Below, in pieces: positions 1 through 10,900 of a stretch of DNA of 33,570 nucleotides (position 1 is its first letter; every line of letters starts with the position of its first letter). Both the position numbers and the translations under genes were made by a program. The DNA comes from Euryarchaeota archaeon UBA220. GTDB taxonomy: Archaea > Thermoplasmatota > Poseidoniia > Poseidoniales > Thalassarchaeaceae. The stretch covers positions 1-33,570 of the forward strand of contig DAON01000004.1 in assembly GCA_002501885.1 (NCBI GenBank), given 5' to 3'. The notes beneath the pieces are model-generated. The model ran no database searches, had not been told where the DNA came from, and saw nothing but the letters and a program-made list of their open reading frames with translations.

Positions 1-1092
1 GCAGGTTTGGCAGCCCTAGCTCTTATCGTATCATTCATTGTCTCTAGGCCTAGTATTCAGAGTGATTATGCATTCCTAGGACTAGTGCCAATCCTAATTT
101 TTGGAATCTCATTTTACCTTATCTGGAATGCTGTCGGTAAGAAGCAGACAGCAGCAATCGCTGTAGTCTATCTCTTGCTAGCAGCATCTCCATATCTTGT
201 CATGAGTCTATCTTCTGGAGAGATTACAGTTACTGACTCTGAACTTTCGGATGACTCATCTACCATCACTCTGACAATCAGAGAATCCGGAGCAATAATG
301 GGATCATCGGTTGATTCTGCAGTTGTTTCTATCACCTATGATGGAACTGAGATATATTCTGAATCTATGGCCTTCTCGATAAACAGAGAGGACGGTTATG
401 GTAAGTACGGAGAAATCACACTCACTGTAGCGGACTGGTATCAAGGAAATGCAGCCGACAACGCGGAGTATGTGGTGTCTGTGGATACCGGCGAGTCATC
501 CGATTCGATGTTGCTACAGTCTCGGCATCTACAGAGAACAGTCGAAGATGCCAAGGGAGAAACTTCCGGCGCAATGGGATATGGTAATGACTGCGAGAGT
601 TCAAAGGATTCTTGCATCATCGGGGTTGCTCTAAAGTCATGGTCGGGGCTTGACGCATTAGGAGATAATCCACCAGGGCCAATGCCATATGCAGACTACA
701 CAGTTCAGGCCAAAATGTACTATGGGTCTAGTGTTGTTATATCGTATCCTCTGGTCACTGTTGTGAATGGAGTTGCCGAGTGGGATTCAGGAAACGGAGA
801 GTTTGGCGGCGGTAGTGCTCTAGTTGCAGAGGACGGTTCAGAACTCCCTCTGCCTGGGTCGGTTGAGTCGTTTGAACTGAACACCAAGTATGTTCCAATC
901 GATGATTGGGCTGTTAGTGACTACGGATGCTATCACTTTACTGTCGAAACAACACAAAACTCCCCTTGGTCTGATGGATCAACCATTACTCATACCTCGT
1001 ACTATGAATTCACAGAAGAAGGAGATGGCGGAACAGGAGATGACCCTGGTGAGCCAACCAGCGAATCATGGACTAAGGTTTCGAGTTGCTAA
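1..1092 (+). CDS. Membrane-anchored hypothetical protein with an acidic, probably extracellular beta-rich domain (5' end likely outside the window)
   Basis: The frame is open from base 1 (GCA GGT TTG...). Three N-terminal hydrophobic segments precede ~290 aa of D/E/S/T/G-rich sequence with several Cys. Stop TAA at 1090-1092. Confidence 0.8.
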   Translation, partial: AGLAALALIVSFIVSRPSIQSDYAFLGLVPILIFGISFYLIWNAVGKKQTAAIAVVYLLLAASPYLVMSLSSGEITVTDSELSDDSSTITLTIRESGAIMGSSVDSAVVSITYDGTEIYSESMAFSINREDGYGKYGEITLTVADWYQGNAADNAEYVVSVDTGESSDSMLLQSRHLQRTVEDAKGETSGAMGYGNDCESSKDSCIIGVALKSWSGLDALGDNPPGPMPYADYTVQAKMYYGSSVVISYPLVTVVNGVAEWDSGNGEFGGGSALVAEDGSELPLPGSVESFELNTKYVPIDDWAVSDYGCYHFTVETTQNSPWSDGSTITHTSYYEFTEEGDGGTGDDPGEPTSESWTKVSSC

Positions 1093-1093
1093 T

Positions 1094-2803
1094 TTAGTAC
1101 TCGTCCTTTGAATAATCTGAGTCTTCATCTTCGCCATCTTCAACGATAGCATCTGAGGCCCGTCTGAGCATTGTGAATCCAGCGATTGCCATAGCCACGA
1201 TTATAGCAGCCAGAAGTGACACCACATCTATCGAATCATCTTCTGTAGGTTCGGACCAGGTAGCTGTTTCGGTCGTCATACTTCCTCCTCCGAACGCATC
1301 ATCACTGACTAATTGAGTTGGAGTCAGTATCTTGCAAGTAAGAGATGCATCACCAGTCTGAGAATGCCTCCAACCAAACGAAACTTCAACAGATTCTCCC
1401 GGCCCAATTCTAGCTTGCCTATAGCCACCAATATCCGCTTCCATCCCTGTCTCTGAAACTTCACAGGTGAAGTAAAGAAGTGCTTCTGCACTTCCTCTAT
1501 TTGCCAATCCGGCGACTACCGGCATCTCTTGCCCGCGAGTTTTCGTCAATGTCTCTTCAGTAATACTCAGAGACTCCCATTCAACATAAGGTGTCTCCGA
1601 GTTGATTACAATTGAATCCGACCAATCCAGATTCATCACTCCTCCTCCGTAGTTTCCTATTCCAGATGAAGCAGGATTCCAACCCGTCTCATAGGTGATG
1701 ATTTCTATGGTTGCAGACTCGGTCCAGACGGTGCCATCTGCATAACCAATCTCGACCACCCTCTCTACTCCTGAATTGACATAGGCAGTACCATTCTCAT
1801 CGCTGAATATTTCTTGAGTCGCCTCTTGGGGCCCGATTCCAGATAGTCTGAGAACTACATACTTTGCATCTAGATGTAGAGTCTGACCTGAAACTCTCCT
1901 CTCCCATTTGTCGATCAATCCTCCTGATCCGACGACACCTTCGCCCCAGAATATTTCAGAGTAAGGTCCGGCTTGAATATCATGATCATCCAGACTGGAT
2001 TCGAATGATGTAGATCCTAGGAGATCTATCCTACCTGATTCTCCTACCATAATTGGTCCAACTCTATCGAATTCAGTATTATCTGCACTCAGGACTCCCT
2101 CAATGAAAACCTGCCCTCCTATGACTGAAGAGAACGAAGATTGCATTTCTCCTTCTACATGGATCCCGAACTCCAGGGCCCCAGCACTCTTCATATTGAC
2201 AGTCTCTAACTCAGAACCAGCCATTGTAGTCTGGCCCCCAGTTTGTGTGGTTATGGTGATTGAGCCCACAGTAACAGGACTGGAACCATAGCCAGTAAGG
2301 CCGACCCAGATGTCTCCTGCACCATTGTCGAAACTGAATGTGTGAGAACTACCATTGAGATCGAAAACCTCACTTCCAATATGGGCTGCATCAGAGTAGT
2401 AGGTATCTCCCTCTATGGGGATCATTTCTACTTCAAATGGCCCTGAAATTCCATCTCCCGGAATCTTGAACTTTGACATATTTGCTTCATCCCAGTAGCC
2501 CATACTAGCTATGGCAGAAGGCGGAGTCTGTGACTTCACAGTAGATTGAGTAATCGTCAGTTGACCACCCTCATCAACATGAATACTAGATCCATCGATC
2601 ATCTTGATGTTTGCATCCTCTATAGTCAAGTGTCCGCCATCTACTATTCTGACTACTCCTTCTACAGAATCTTCTCCCGACCAAGTCATATCGGCACTAA
2701 TTACAGTCTCAGATTCCTCTGCTGAAACTAATCCAGTGACAAGAATGACTGAGGTAATCATCAGAACGGATTGTACTATTGCGGCGGTTCTCATGGCCCG
2801 CAT
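1094..2803 (-). CDS. Secreted cell-surface protein: signal peptide, beta-helix-like N-terminus, CARDB-like domain, C-terminal TM anchor and acidic tail
   Basis: 569-aa ORF. Signal peptide ends ...GLVSA/EE. LANRGSAEA...IGPGESVEVSFGW resembles CARDB. TM VVSLLAAIIVAMAIAGFTML is followed by RR. Alternative start at 2794. Confidence 0.8.
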   Translation of the reverse strand: MRAMRTAAIVQSVLMITSVILVTGLVSAEESETVISADMTWSGEDSVEGVVRIVDGGHLTIEDANIKMIDGSSIHVDEGGQLTITQSTVKSQTPPSAIASMGYWDEANMSKFKIPGDGISGPFEVEMIPIEGDTYYSDAAHIGSEVFDLNGSSHTFSFDNGAGDIWVGLTGYGSSPVTVGSITITTQTGGQTTMAGSELETVNMKSAGALEFGIHVEGEMQSSFSSVIGGQVFIEGVLSADNTEFDRVGPIMVGESGRIDLLGSTSFESSLDDHDIQAGPYSEIFWGEGVVGSGGLIDKWERRVSGQTLHLDAKYVVLRLSGIGPQEATQEIFSDENGTAYVNSGVERVVEIGYADGTVWTESATIEIITYETGWNPASSGIGNYGGGVMNLDWSDSIVINSETPYVEWESLSITEETLTKTRGQEMPVVAGLANRGSAEALLYFTCEVSETGMEADIGGYRQARIGPGESVEVSFGWRHSQTGDASLTCKILTPTQLVSDDAFGGGSMTTETATWSEPTEDDSIDVVSLLAAIIVAMAIAGFTMLRRASDAIVEDGEDEDSDYSKDEY

Positions 2804-2880
2804 TCAATGAGAGTGCCATGAATAGTTTTGCCCACTATTCTTCGGATAGAGTTCATTCACTGTCTTTGTCTCGCGAGCCC

Positions 2881-3561
2881 GTGAGCGCACCCGCCTTATT
2901 CCCAGCGCCCGACTCCGCCGACTTCGCTTTGAACATCATCACGGTCCTGATGATGTACGGGCCATTCTATCTAGCAAATACTGGAGCGATGCTGTTTGGC
3001 AAGTGGATTCCTGATAAGTTCGGCTTCTCAAGTGTGGTGATTGATGGAGGAAGAAACTGGAGAGATGGTTACAGAATTCTAGGCGACGGTAAGACTTGGA
3101 ATGGTATGTTCGGCGGCGCCATATTTTCTGGACTTCTCACAATGTTGGCCCATTATGCATGGAATTCAGACTATCCTCCAGATGCAAGGCCGTTTGTAGA
3201 TCCTACATTGTTCAGCAATTCGTCTGATTGGTTTTGGCTCGGCGGAGAGTGGGGTGCCGCCTTTGTAATGGGCTTCACACTAGGCATCGCTTGTATGCTA
3301 GGAGACTCTGCTGGCTCATTTGTCAAGCGACGCCGCGGCCTAAAAAGAGAGGGCGAGGAAAGCTCGAAAGCCCCTCTTCTTGACACTGTCCCATTCGCGG
3401 TTTCAGTATTCTTCTTCTCATTCTTGCTCTTTGATGACCAAGTAATCATGCACGAGCAATTACATGACGAAATTATTGCATTACTCATCTTGACCCCAAT
3501 AATTCACCGACTGTTCAATGTAATTGGATATAGATTGGGCCTGAAGTCAGTACCATACTAG
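2881..3561 (+). CDS. carS: CDP-2,3-bis-(O-geranylgeranyl)-sn-glycerol synthase (CDP-archaeol synthase, DUF46)
   Basis: Family motifs YLANTGAMLFG, IDGGRNWRDGYRILGDGKTWNG, LGDSAGSFVKRR, PLLD and GYRLGLKSVPY in a multi-TM protein. GTG 2881 is preferred over the track start 2779, which overlaps the divergent gene. Confidence 0.92.
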   Translation: MSAPALFPAPDSADFALNIITVLMMYGPFYLANTGAMLFGKWIPDKFGFSSVVIDGGRNWRDGYRILGDGKTWNGMFGGAIFSGLLTMLAHYAWNSDYPPDARPFVDPTLFSNSSDWFWLGGEWGAAFVMGFTLGIACMLGDSAGSFVKRRRGLKREGEESSKAPLLDTVPFAVSVFFFSFLLFDDQVIMHEQLHDEIIALLILTPIIHRLFNVIGYRLGLKSVPY

Positions 3562-3610
3562 GAACACTCACTTCGGAATCCATTATCTTCCGATGGCTTC
3601 ACGCATAGGT

Positions 3611-4879
3611 ATGTCTACTCTGACGGTCTTGGTTGTAGGAGGGGGAGGAAGAGAACACGCCCTATGCTTGGGACTTGCCAAAAGCCCATCTGTAACGGCT
3701 GTTCACTGTTCTCCCGGGAATGCTGGTACCTCGATGGTTGCATCAAATCATAATGTATCTTCTAGTGATATCGAAGGCATCGTTTCGCTAGCACTTGAGT
3801 TAGATTCCAACTTGGTTGTTGTAGGTCCAGAGGCGCCGCTCGTAAACGGCCTCGCAGACTCCCTCAGGGATGCCGGAATATCTTGCTTTGGGCCTCATTC
3901 GGAAGGTGCTCGTTTGGAGGCCTCTAAACTACATGCCAAGGAGATAATGAAATCTCTAGGAGTCCCTACCGGCGGACACATAGTGGTTGATGAAAAATCA
4001 TTAATTCCCAATGCTCTAGACAAGTTTGAGGCTCCTTGGGTAATCAAGCGAGATGTTCTCGCTGCAGGAAAAGGAGTCACAGTAACCTCAGACAGGAAGG
4101 TTGCAGAGGAAGCCCTACTAGAAGGAATAGAATTGGACGGCTTCGTTCTTCTTGAGGAGCATCTGTCGGGTGAAGAAGCTTCAGTACTGGTTGTAATGGA
4201 CGAATCTGGCTACATTTGCCTACCTGCAAGTCAGGATCACAAGAGAGTCGGAGAGGGAGATACAGGCCCGAATACTGGAGGAATGGGGGCTTACGCCCCT
4301 GCTCCGATAGTATCTGAGTCTGTGATGCACAGAGTAACTCGAGAAATAATTGAACCAATGCACCATCACCTCAGAAACCAAGAAACTCCCTACCGAGGAT
4401 GCCTGTATCTCGGTTTAATGATCGACGAAGAAGGGGCTCCAGGGGTAATCGAATTCAATGTAAGATTTGGTGACCCCGAGACTCAAGTTACAATCCCTCT
4501 GATTTCAAGCGATATGGGGCAACTTTTGCTTGCCTGTGCAGAAGGAAGAATCTCCGAAGAAGAATATGAGTTTCATGACTTATGTGCGGCTACTGTGGTA
4601 CTTGCTTCAGAGGGCTACCCTGCAAGCTCATCGACGGGGAGAAAGATCTCAGGTAGCGAAGTCAAAATTGAGGAGGGCATGACCTCTGCCTTTGTTCATT
4701 ATGCCGGAACTATCATCGGAGAAGACGGCCAACTAATTTCTTCTGGAGGCAGAGTCCTGTCGGCTACAGGACTAGCACCCTCACTCAACGATGCAGTGGC
4801 CGCATCATACGAGTTGATTGAGTGTATCCAACTCGAAGGCTCTCATTACCGTTCAGACATCGCATATCGGGCTCTTTAG
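3611..4879 (+). CDS. purD: Phosphoribosylamine--glycine ligase (GAR synthetase)
   Basis: Motifs VLVVGGGGREHAL, VVVGPEAPLVNGLAD, LEASK, AAGKGV, QDHKRVGEGDTGPNTGGMGAY, EFNVRFGDPETQ, SGGRVL and YRSDIA. Alternative start at 3593. Confidence 0.97.
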   Translation: MSTLTVLVVGGGGREHALCLGLAKSPSVTAVHCSPGNAGTSMVASNHNVSSSDIEGIVSLALELDSNLVVVGPEAPLVNGLADSLRDAGISCFGPHSEGARLEASKLHAKEIMKSLGVPTGGHIVVDEKSLIPNALDKFEAPWVIKRDVLAAGKGVTVTSDRKVAEEALLEGIELDGFVLLEEHLSGEEASVLVVMDESGYICLPASQDHKRVGEGDTGPNTGGMGAYAPAPIVSESVMHRVTREIIEPMHHHLRNQETPYRGCLYLGLMIDEEGAPGVIEFNVRFGDPETQVTIPLISSDMGQLLLACAEGRISEEEYEFHDLCAATVVLASEGYPASSSTGRKISGSEVKIEEGMTSAFVHYAGTIIGEDGQLISSGGRVLSATGLAPSLNDAVAASYELIECIQLEGSHYRSDIAYRAL

Positions 4880-4916
4880 CGGATTTAGTGAGTCATTCTT
4901 GACCTTCAGATTTTAC

Positions 4917-4939
4917 AACCATTCTACGAATGGTTATAA
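4917..4939 (+). promoter_or_regulatory. Perfect 8-bp inverted repeat AACCATTC-TAC-GAATGGTT overlapping a TATA-like box (TTATAA 4934-4939) upstream of aglB
   Basis: Read directly from the sequence. The promoter role is inferred from position; a GGTGA SD-like site lies at 4983-4987. Confidence 0.5.
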
Positions 4940-4990
4940 CAGCCAGTCAAATCGGCGCGACGCTAGCCTTTGGGCTGAACACGGTGATTG

Positions 4991-7900
4991 ATGATGAATG
5001 AGAATGATACCGCGACTGAATCAGAGCTCTCCCAGGCAGGGATTGCTTCTGTCCCAACGGTGCTAGTTGCATTGCTAGCACTCTTCTTTGGGGCCGATTA
5101 TGTCGCGAACGGAGCCATGGAAAATGACGGATATACGCAAGTCCTGATTCTGCCCGCCGTAGCCGCTTTTGCTGCTGCGCTTGGCAGAATTGGTGCCTTT
5201 GCTCCGTTTGGCAATATGGCCAAGTATCGAAATGCTATTGTTGTACTCGGATTCATTTTAGCTGCGGCTATCATTACGATGGCCCACAACTTGTTTGAAA
5301 GCGTTGGTAGGGTCGGGGCCCTAACCTTCGCTCTCGTCGGAATCTCGACCTATGTGCAGATAAGTACCGACAGGAGAGAAGAGGCCAGTACTCTGCTTGC
5401 TATCGTTATCGGCTTCCACCTAGCAGTGTCTCATGCGGCTAACTCTGTTTTCGATTTATCCGATTGGACCGGGTCTGCCCCAGATTTGATTGATACAGGC
5501 AGAGCCGGAATAGCGTCAGTATTCTTCGCATTCTGGGCTACATCGATAGTAGCGGGAATGATTACCGCGGCACTGATGAGAGGTAAACTAGACTCGCCAG
5601 GCTCAGGATCGTTCGGCTCCTCTCTTTCAGCTTCTAACAGAGTTTTGATGTCAACTCTCTTTGCAATCCTGCTAGTTCAAGCAATTCCGCTGATTTGGCT
5701 AGGCCAACTCTCAGGAATTCAAGAATACCATAATCATGTTTACTTGGGTTCTGTCTGGGCTTTATTCTCGACAGTCGTAATTCTATTCATTGCCTTCTGC
5801 CATTGCGAGAGATGGAATGTACTCGGAGCAATATTCGGTGTGAACTGGCTCCTCTACACTCTTGGGCACCTTCAAGAAATTGGTAACGAATTCCCGAGTT
5901 TCCTTGCAGGAGATGATGCGATGAGCACATTCTCGTGGTTCTTCCTCGGATTCTGGCTAAATGTCGCTGCAGTGATGATTGCATCACGAGGCTACTTTGG
6001 AGATATTTCTCCTAGACACGAACCGAGTCAGGCAAGACTCTGGTGGCAGAGCAATTCATACTCAATTATGGTCGCTTTGGCTATCTTGGTAGCATTTGCA
6101 GTCAGGACTGGCTGGAATGTTCTACCGGCGATGAATGCCTCTGCTACTGGTCTCTGGGATATGACTGGGGGATCTGACCCTTGGTACATGAAGAGAGTCG
6201 TAGATTACATCGTAGCCGAGAGGAGTCACTACATCTTCGACCATGATAGAGCATATCCGATGGGGGCAATCAATCCTCGTCCTCCACTGTTCTCTTGGTC
6301 GCTTGCACTTGGAGGAATTGGACTATCTTGGTTACTTGAGATACCTGCAGATGAAGCTACTTGGTGGAGCGTCGCTGCTATGCCGGCTGTTTTCGGCGCA
6401 CTGATTGTTCTGCCTCTGGCTGCAATCGCCAAGAATGTCCACAGCAAGGGGGCTGGAATCCTGACTGCTTGGTTAATCGCTCTGATGCCTGGTCACATCT
6501 CTCATGCGACTTTCGGTCTAGCGGACCACGATTCGTTTGCTCTACTGTTCTTGTCTATGGCATTCTATTATTGGGTCAGAGCTTTGGATGAACTGGGTAC
6601 TGAGAGAATGTTCCAAAACCCAAGTTCAAGCCCCCTTTACTTAGTTGCAGGGATTAGGGAGACTTGGCACAGAAATCCAAGAGCCATGGCTTTCGCAACA
6701 CTGTCGGGAATTTCTTTTGCCACTGTGGCTCTAGGATGGAAAGGTTTCGTATACGGCCCAGGAATTCTATTCCTTGCTTACTCGGGCCAGATAATCTTGA
6801 ACATGTTCCGTAAGAGGGACAGTCTACCTCTAACTTCGATAACTCTACAGATGTTACTGACTTCTTTCCTTATTCCACTACCCTTCTACATGTGGCCGGG
6901 CCTGAACCTTGTGTTCGATCCTAGCGGTTTCCAACCGATGTTCTACATCATCGGCTTCACACTAGCATTAGGCTGGGTCTCTTCTTCGTATAGGGACAAG
7001 CCTTGGCTATTGGTACTGGGGACTGGAGGAGTTCTGATTGGCGGTATCCTCGCAATCCTATTCATCCTTCAGCAGTTGGAGATTTACAATGGATGGGACA
7101 TCCTGTTCACTGGTGGATTCTACTTCTCAAAGAACAAGATTTTCGGAACCATTGGTGAAGCACAAGCACCAAGCAGAGGAGTTCTATTCGCATCTTACGG
7201 GCCTGTTGTTGCACTGATTGCTGTTGGCTGTGCTTTCGTACTGATGTGGCGAGGGGCCCGTAGAGAGCGCCAGAGTCATCTATTGCTCGGTCTGTGGGTA
7301 ATCATTGCTACATACATGGCTTGGTCTGCTGGAAGATTCATTTTCAACGCGACTCCTGCCATGGCTGTCGTCGGTGGAATTGGACTGATGATGCTCTGGG
7401 ACGGTGCCAACTTCTCTTCGTTCGTCAAGGAATGGCGCCGATCAGGTATTGGAACTCCAAGAACCAGATTCAGATCAGTATGGACCGCAGGTAGGAGAAA
7501 TCCAGCCATCCCGGCGATTCTGGTTATTCTGATGATGGTAGCATCCCAACATGCAACATATGGCATAGATTCAGGAATTCCAAGAGGAGAAGCAGCCGCA
7601 ACGGATGTAGATCAAACAATCCATGACATCGCTCCTGACTTCCTAAGGGCCGAAGTCCTAGGTCTTTCAGTCCTCAAGAGCGAGGGTTACAACCCTGAAT
7701 CTGAGATGTGGTACATGGGTACATTTGGTCCCGGGTTTAACAGCGGCTCTTGGAATCTAGCCTATGACTGGTTATCTGAACAAGATACAGATATGAGTTT
7801 CAGTGAGCGCCCAGCCTTCGTTTCTTGGTGGGACTATGGGTTCCAGGCTCTGGCTCAGGGACAGCATCCTACCGTTGCCGATAACTTCCAGTCTGGAATC

Positions 7901-10900
7901 CCGAATAGCGGAGGAATGCTGCTTTCAAACAGCCAAGAAGATACTCTAGCACTATTCATTACAACCCTTGCTCAGGGAGATCGCCGATACAATGGTGGAG
8001 GCGGATTTACTGACTCATTCTACGAAGTTCTTGACCTCTACATGGATGATGATCAGTTGGCTGAGTATGACAATATCCTCTCCATCGGTGTTAATGACGA
8101 GAACTTCGTCAAGGACAGAGCAATGGCAGTAGTGGCTACCGATGACCACACAGAGTTGCTTCACGGATACTCATTGGATTCCAATGGCCTTCCCGAGTCC
8201 GAAAAGATGTGGAAGGTATTGATTGGAGGTACTCAGATGGGCAACTCCACTGAAGATGAGTCCGAGGCCACTGACCTGTTCAATGCAACACGACTCAACA
8301 ACGCCCAGTTCGAAATGCAAACTACTCACTACCTCATTGGCGGATACATGTACACTAGTGACCTAATCGAGGACTTCAATGATGTCTCGACCAGTCTTCA
8401 CCGAACCAATGCCAGACTGGCATTGAGCCGAGCATTCCTGTCCACAGCATTTGATATGGATCAACTTGCGGGAATCTACCATGGAATAACTGGCCTAGAT
8501 TATGAGGTCCAAGACTACGATGGGCCACTAGGGGACACTGTAGTTCGAAATAATGACATCCGATACTTTGCTATCGATAATCGTCTATATCCTCTGGGAG
8601 GGACATACTATGGAGATTACCAATATCATCGCGGACAGACTACAGGAATCTTCCATGCACCCACAGGACTGTCTGGATTGGACATGGAGGATTACATCAC
8701 AGCTGTCTATGACACTCAGCGTGGAGATGGCCCTCTAATTCCGCGTTCTGCCGAAGAGTTCGAAGAAGAGTATCTGAACGATGTAATCCGTCAGAGTTCT
8801 GGAGCCTCCGAGTCCAATGAAGTAATCAGAATGGTCGATATTGATTACCAACATCAACCCGCATTCTTCGAGACTATGGTTGCTAGATTCTATGTTGGCT
8901 ATTCGACCTCTATGTTGGGTCTACCAGGTGATGCTGATCAACCAGCACCACACTTCTACATGTCTGGAACTCCTGGCTCATACCTAGAGAACGCGTACCC
9001 ACTTCCGGGCGCAATGATGAATCATTTCGTCCTAGCTAACTGGTATGACGATGAGCGCTGTGAGTTGCTAGACAATGGATCCAAAGTCGACGATGACTGT
9101 TCTAACCCTACAATTGGTTCGGCCAATACTCAAGTCAAGGTCATGAAATACTACAGCGGTGCAACATTGGAGGGTACCGTTGAGTTAGAGGGCTTCGGAG
9201 CTATTCCTAACGCTAGAGTAATGATTGAGAGAGATGCATTCAGCGGCGAGGAAGTTGCTGATGCTGATGGAAATGTCGTAGACGGAGACGATAGGACCTA
9301 CTGGATACCCATTGGATATACTGACGCAGACGAGAACGGACACTTTTCTTACACCGTTCCGGCTGGAAAAATCAGAGTTTCGGCCTTCATCGGAGAGCCA
9401 GACTTAGACACGGCTAGATCTGCGATGATGACCGGCGATGTAGGACAGTCACTGAGTGATATCTTCCAAGAGACTTCCGCGAATCGCAATGTGAATCCCA
9501 TCACTGGAATTCTAGCCAATGTATCCGGGGCCACATGGCTCTCCGAGACGATTGTCAATGTATCAGGAGAGGCAGGACACAGTAACGGTGAGCAGACAGT
9601 TTACGGAAATGTGTCCGTACAACCTTCTCACGCAACAGGAAAGTTGGTATGGTCCGGATCAACACTCTTCGACCAAGATCCTCTGACCGATGTGATAGTA
9701 GAAATTTCTCCATCCGCAGAACATGTCCAGATCCCACCTAGTTCGTCTACAACCTCAGTTGGAATAGTGGAAGGCTACGACTTGACATTCGGCGGTATTG
9801 GAGAGGTCACATTTACTGGAGCAGGTTCACTAATCGCTCAGGGAGTTGTCACAGTTACTGACTTCACAGGCAACCACTCTCAGACAATTTCTCACAATCA
9901 CAGTCTTACTGGAGACGGTATGTTCTCGGGAAGAGGAACACTATCTGGAGATATCACAGACGACATTGAGATTCCTGTTTGCGATACCAATTCAACCATG
10001 CCTGAAAATCACTCAGTGTGTAGCATGGAATCGGGAGATTTACTGATTGATGGCGATGTCAACGCTACTGGTAGGTTCACATCAAACGGAACTACTACAT
10101 TCACTAGGAGTTTGAGCCAAGCGACCTTGGTAGGTTCAGGAATTTTCGAAGTTGATACTTCTGAGGAATTAGATACCTATGGGACATTCAACGGCACTTT
10201 TGCTACTGTTGAGGGAGAAGGCATCTTTAGCGGACCGATGGTACAACCTGGAACCTTCCACTTCGTTGACATGATCCCGGGCGCATATGATATCACGATT
10301 ATTTTCTCTGATGGCACTGCAGTTGATTTGGAAGAGCAATTCATCATCCCACTGATTGGCAGCCCCGATGTTACAACCATCGATATTGCCGGAGGTTCGA
10401 TTAGTGGCTATCTGGTCAATACTACTGGTTCTCCAATCAATAGCACTATTGCCCTATTCGGTGAAGACTCAACTCACTCCGATGCGATTTTGGAATGTTC
10501 TGAGATCGGACTCGCCCCATGTATTCTAGTTCCTAACGAAGATGGTTTCTTCCAATACGGACCAATCGTCCCCGGGAATTATACAGCGCAGACTGATGTA
10601 GATGGCGACGGATTCGCTGAAATTTCTGAAGAATACATATTCGATCCAGAAATTGATGTAGAGTACGAGTTCCCCTCGCCAGTCCCCGAAACCTCGGACC
10701 TAACATTCACTCTCACAGAGAATGGCAATTCTGTACCTGACCTTGATGTCACACTTCGCCTGAAGAACGGAACAGGAGATGCTGCTTATGTTGAGTATGA
10801 CAATGAATCAGGACAGTACAGGGCCGAGTTATCAAGAGGAACTTGGGTGTTGAACTACACTCTATCTGAGCAATTGCAACTGTGGGAGCAGATTGAGATT

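Noticed and set aside
2820-2850. Inverted repeat GAATAGT-N7-ACTATTC and an imperfect C-TTCG-G hairpin between the divergent surface gene and carS
   Set aside because: It is short or imperfect and occurs once, so it cannot be distinguished from chance. It was not counted with the C-GTA-G hairpins.
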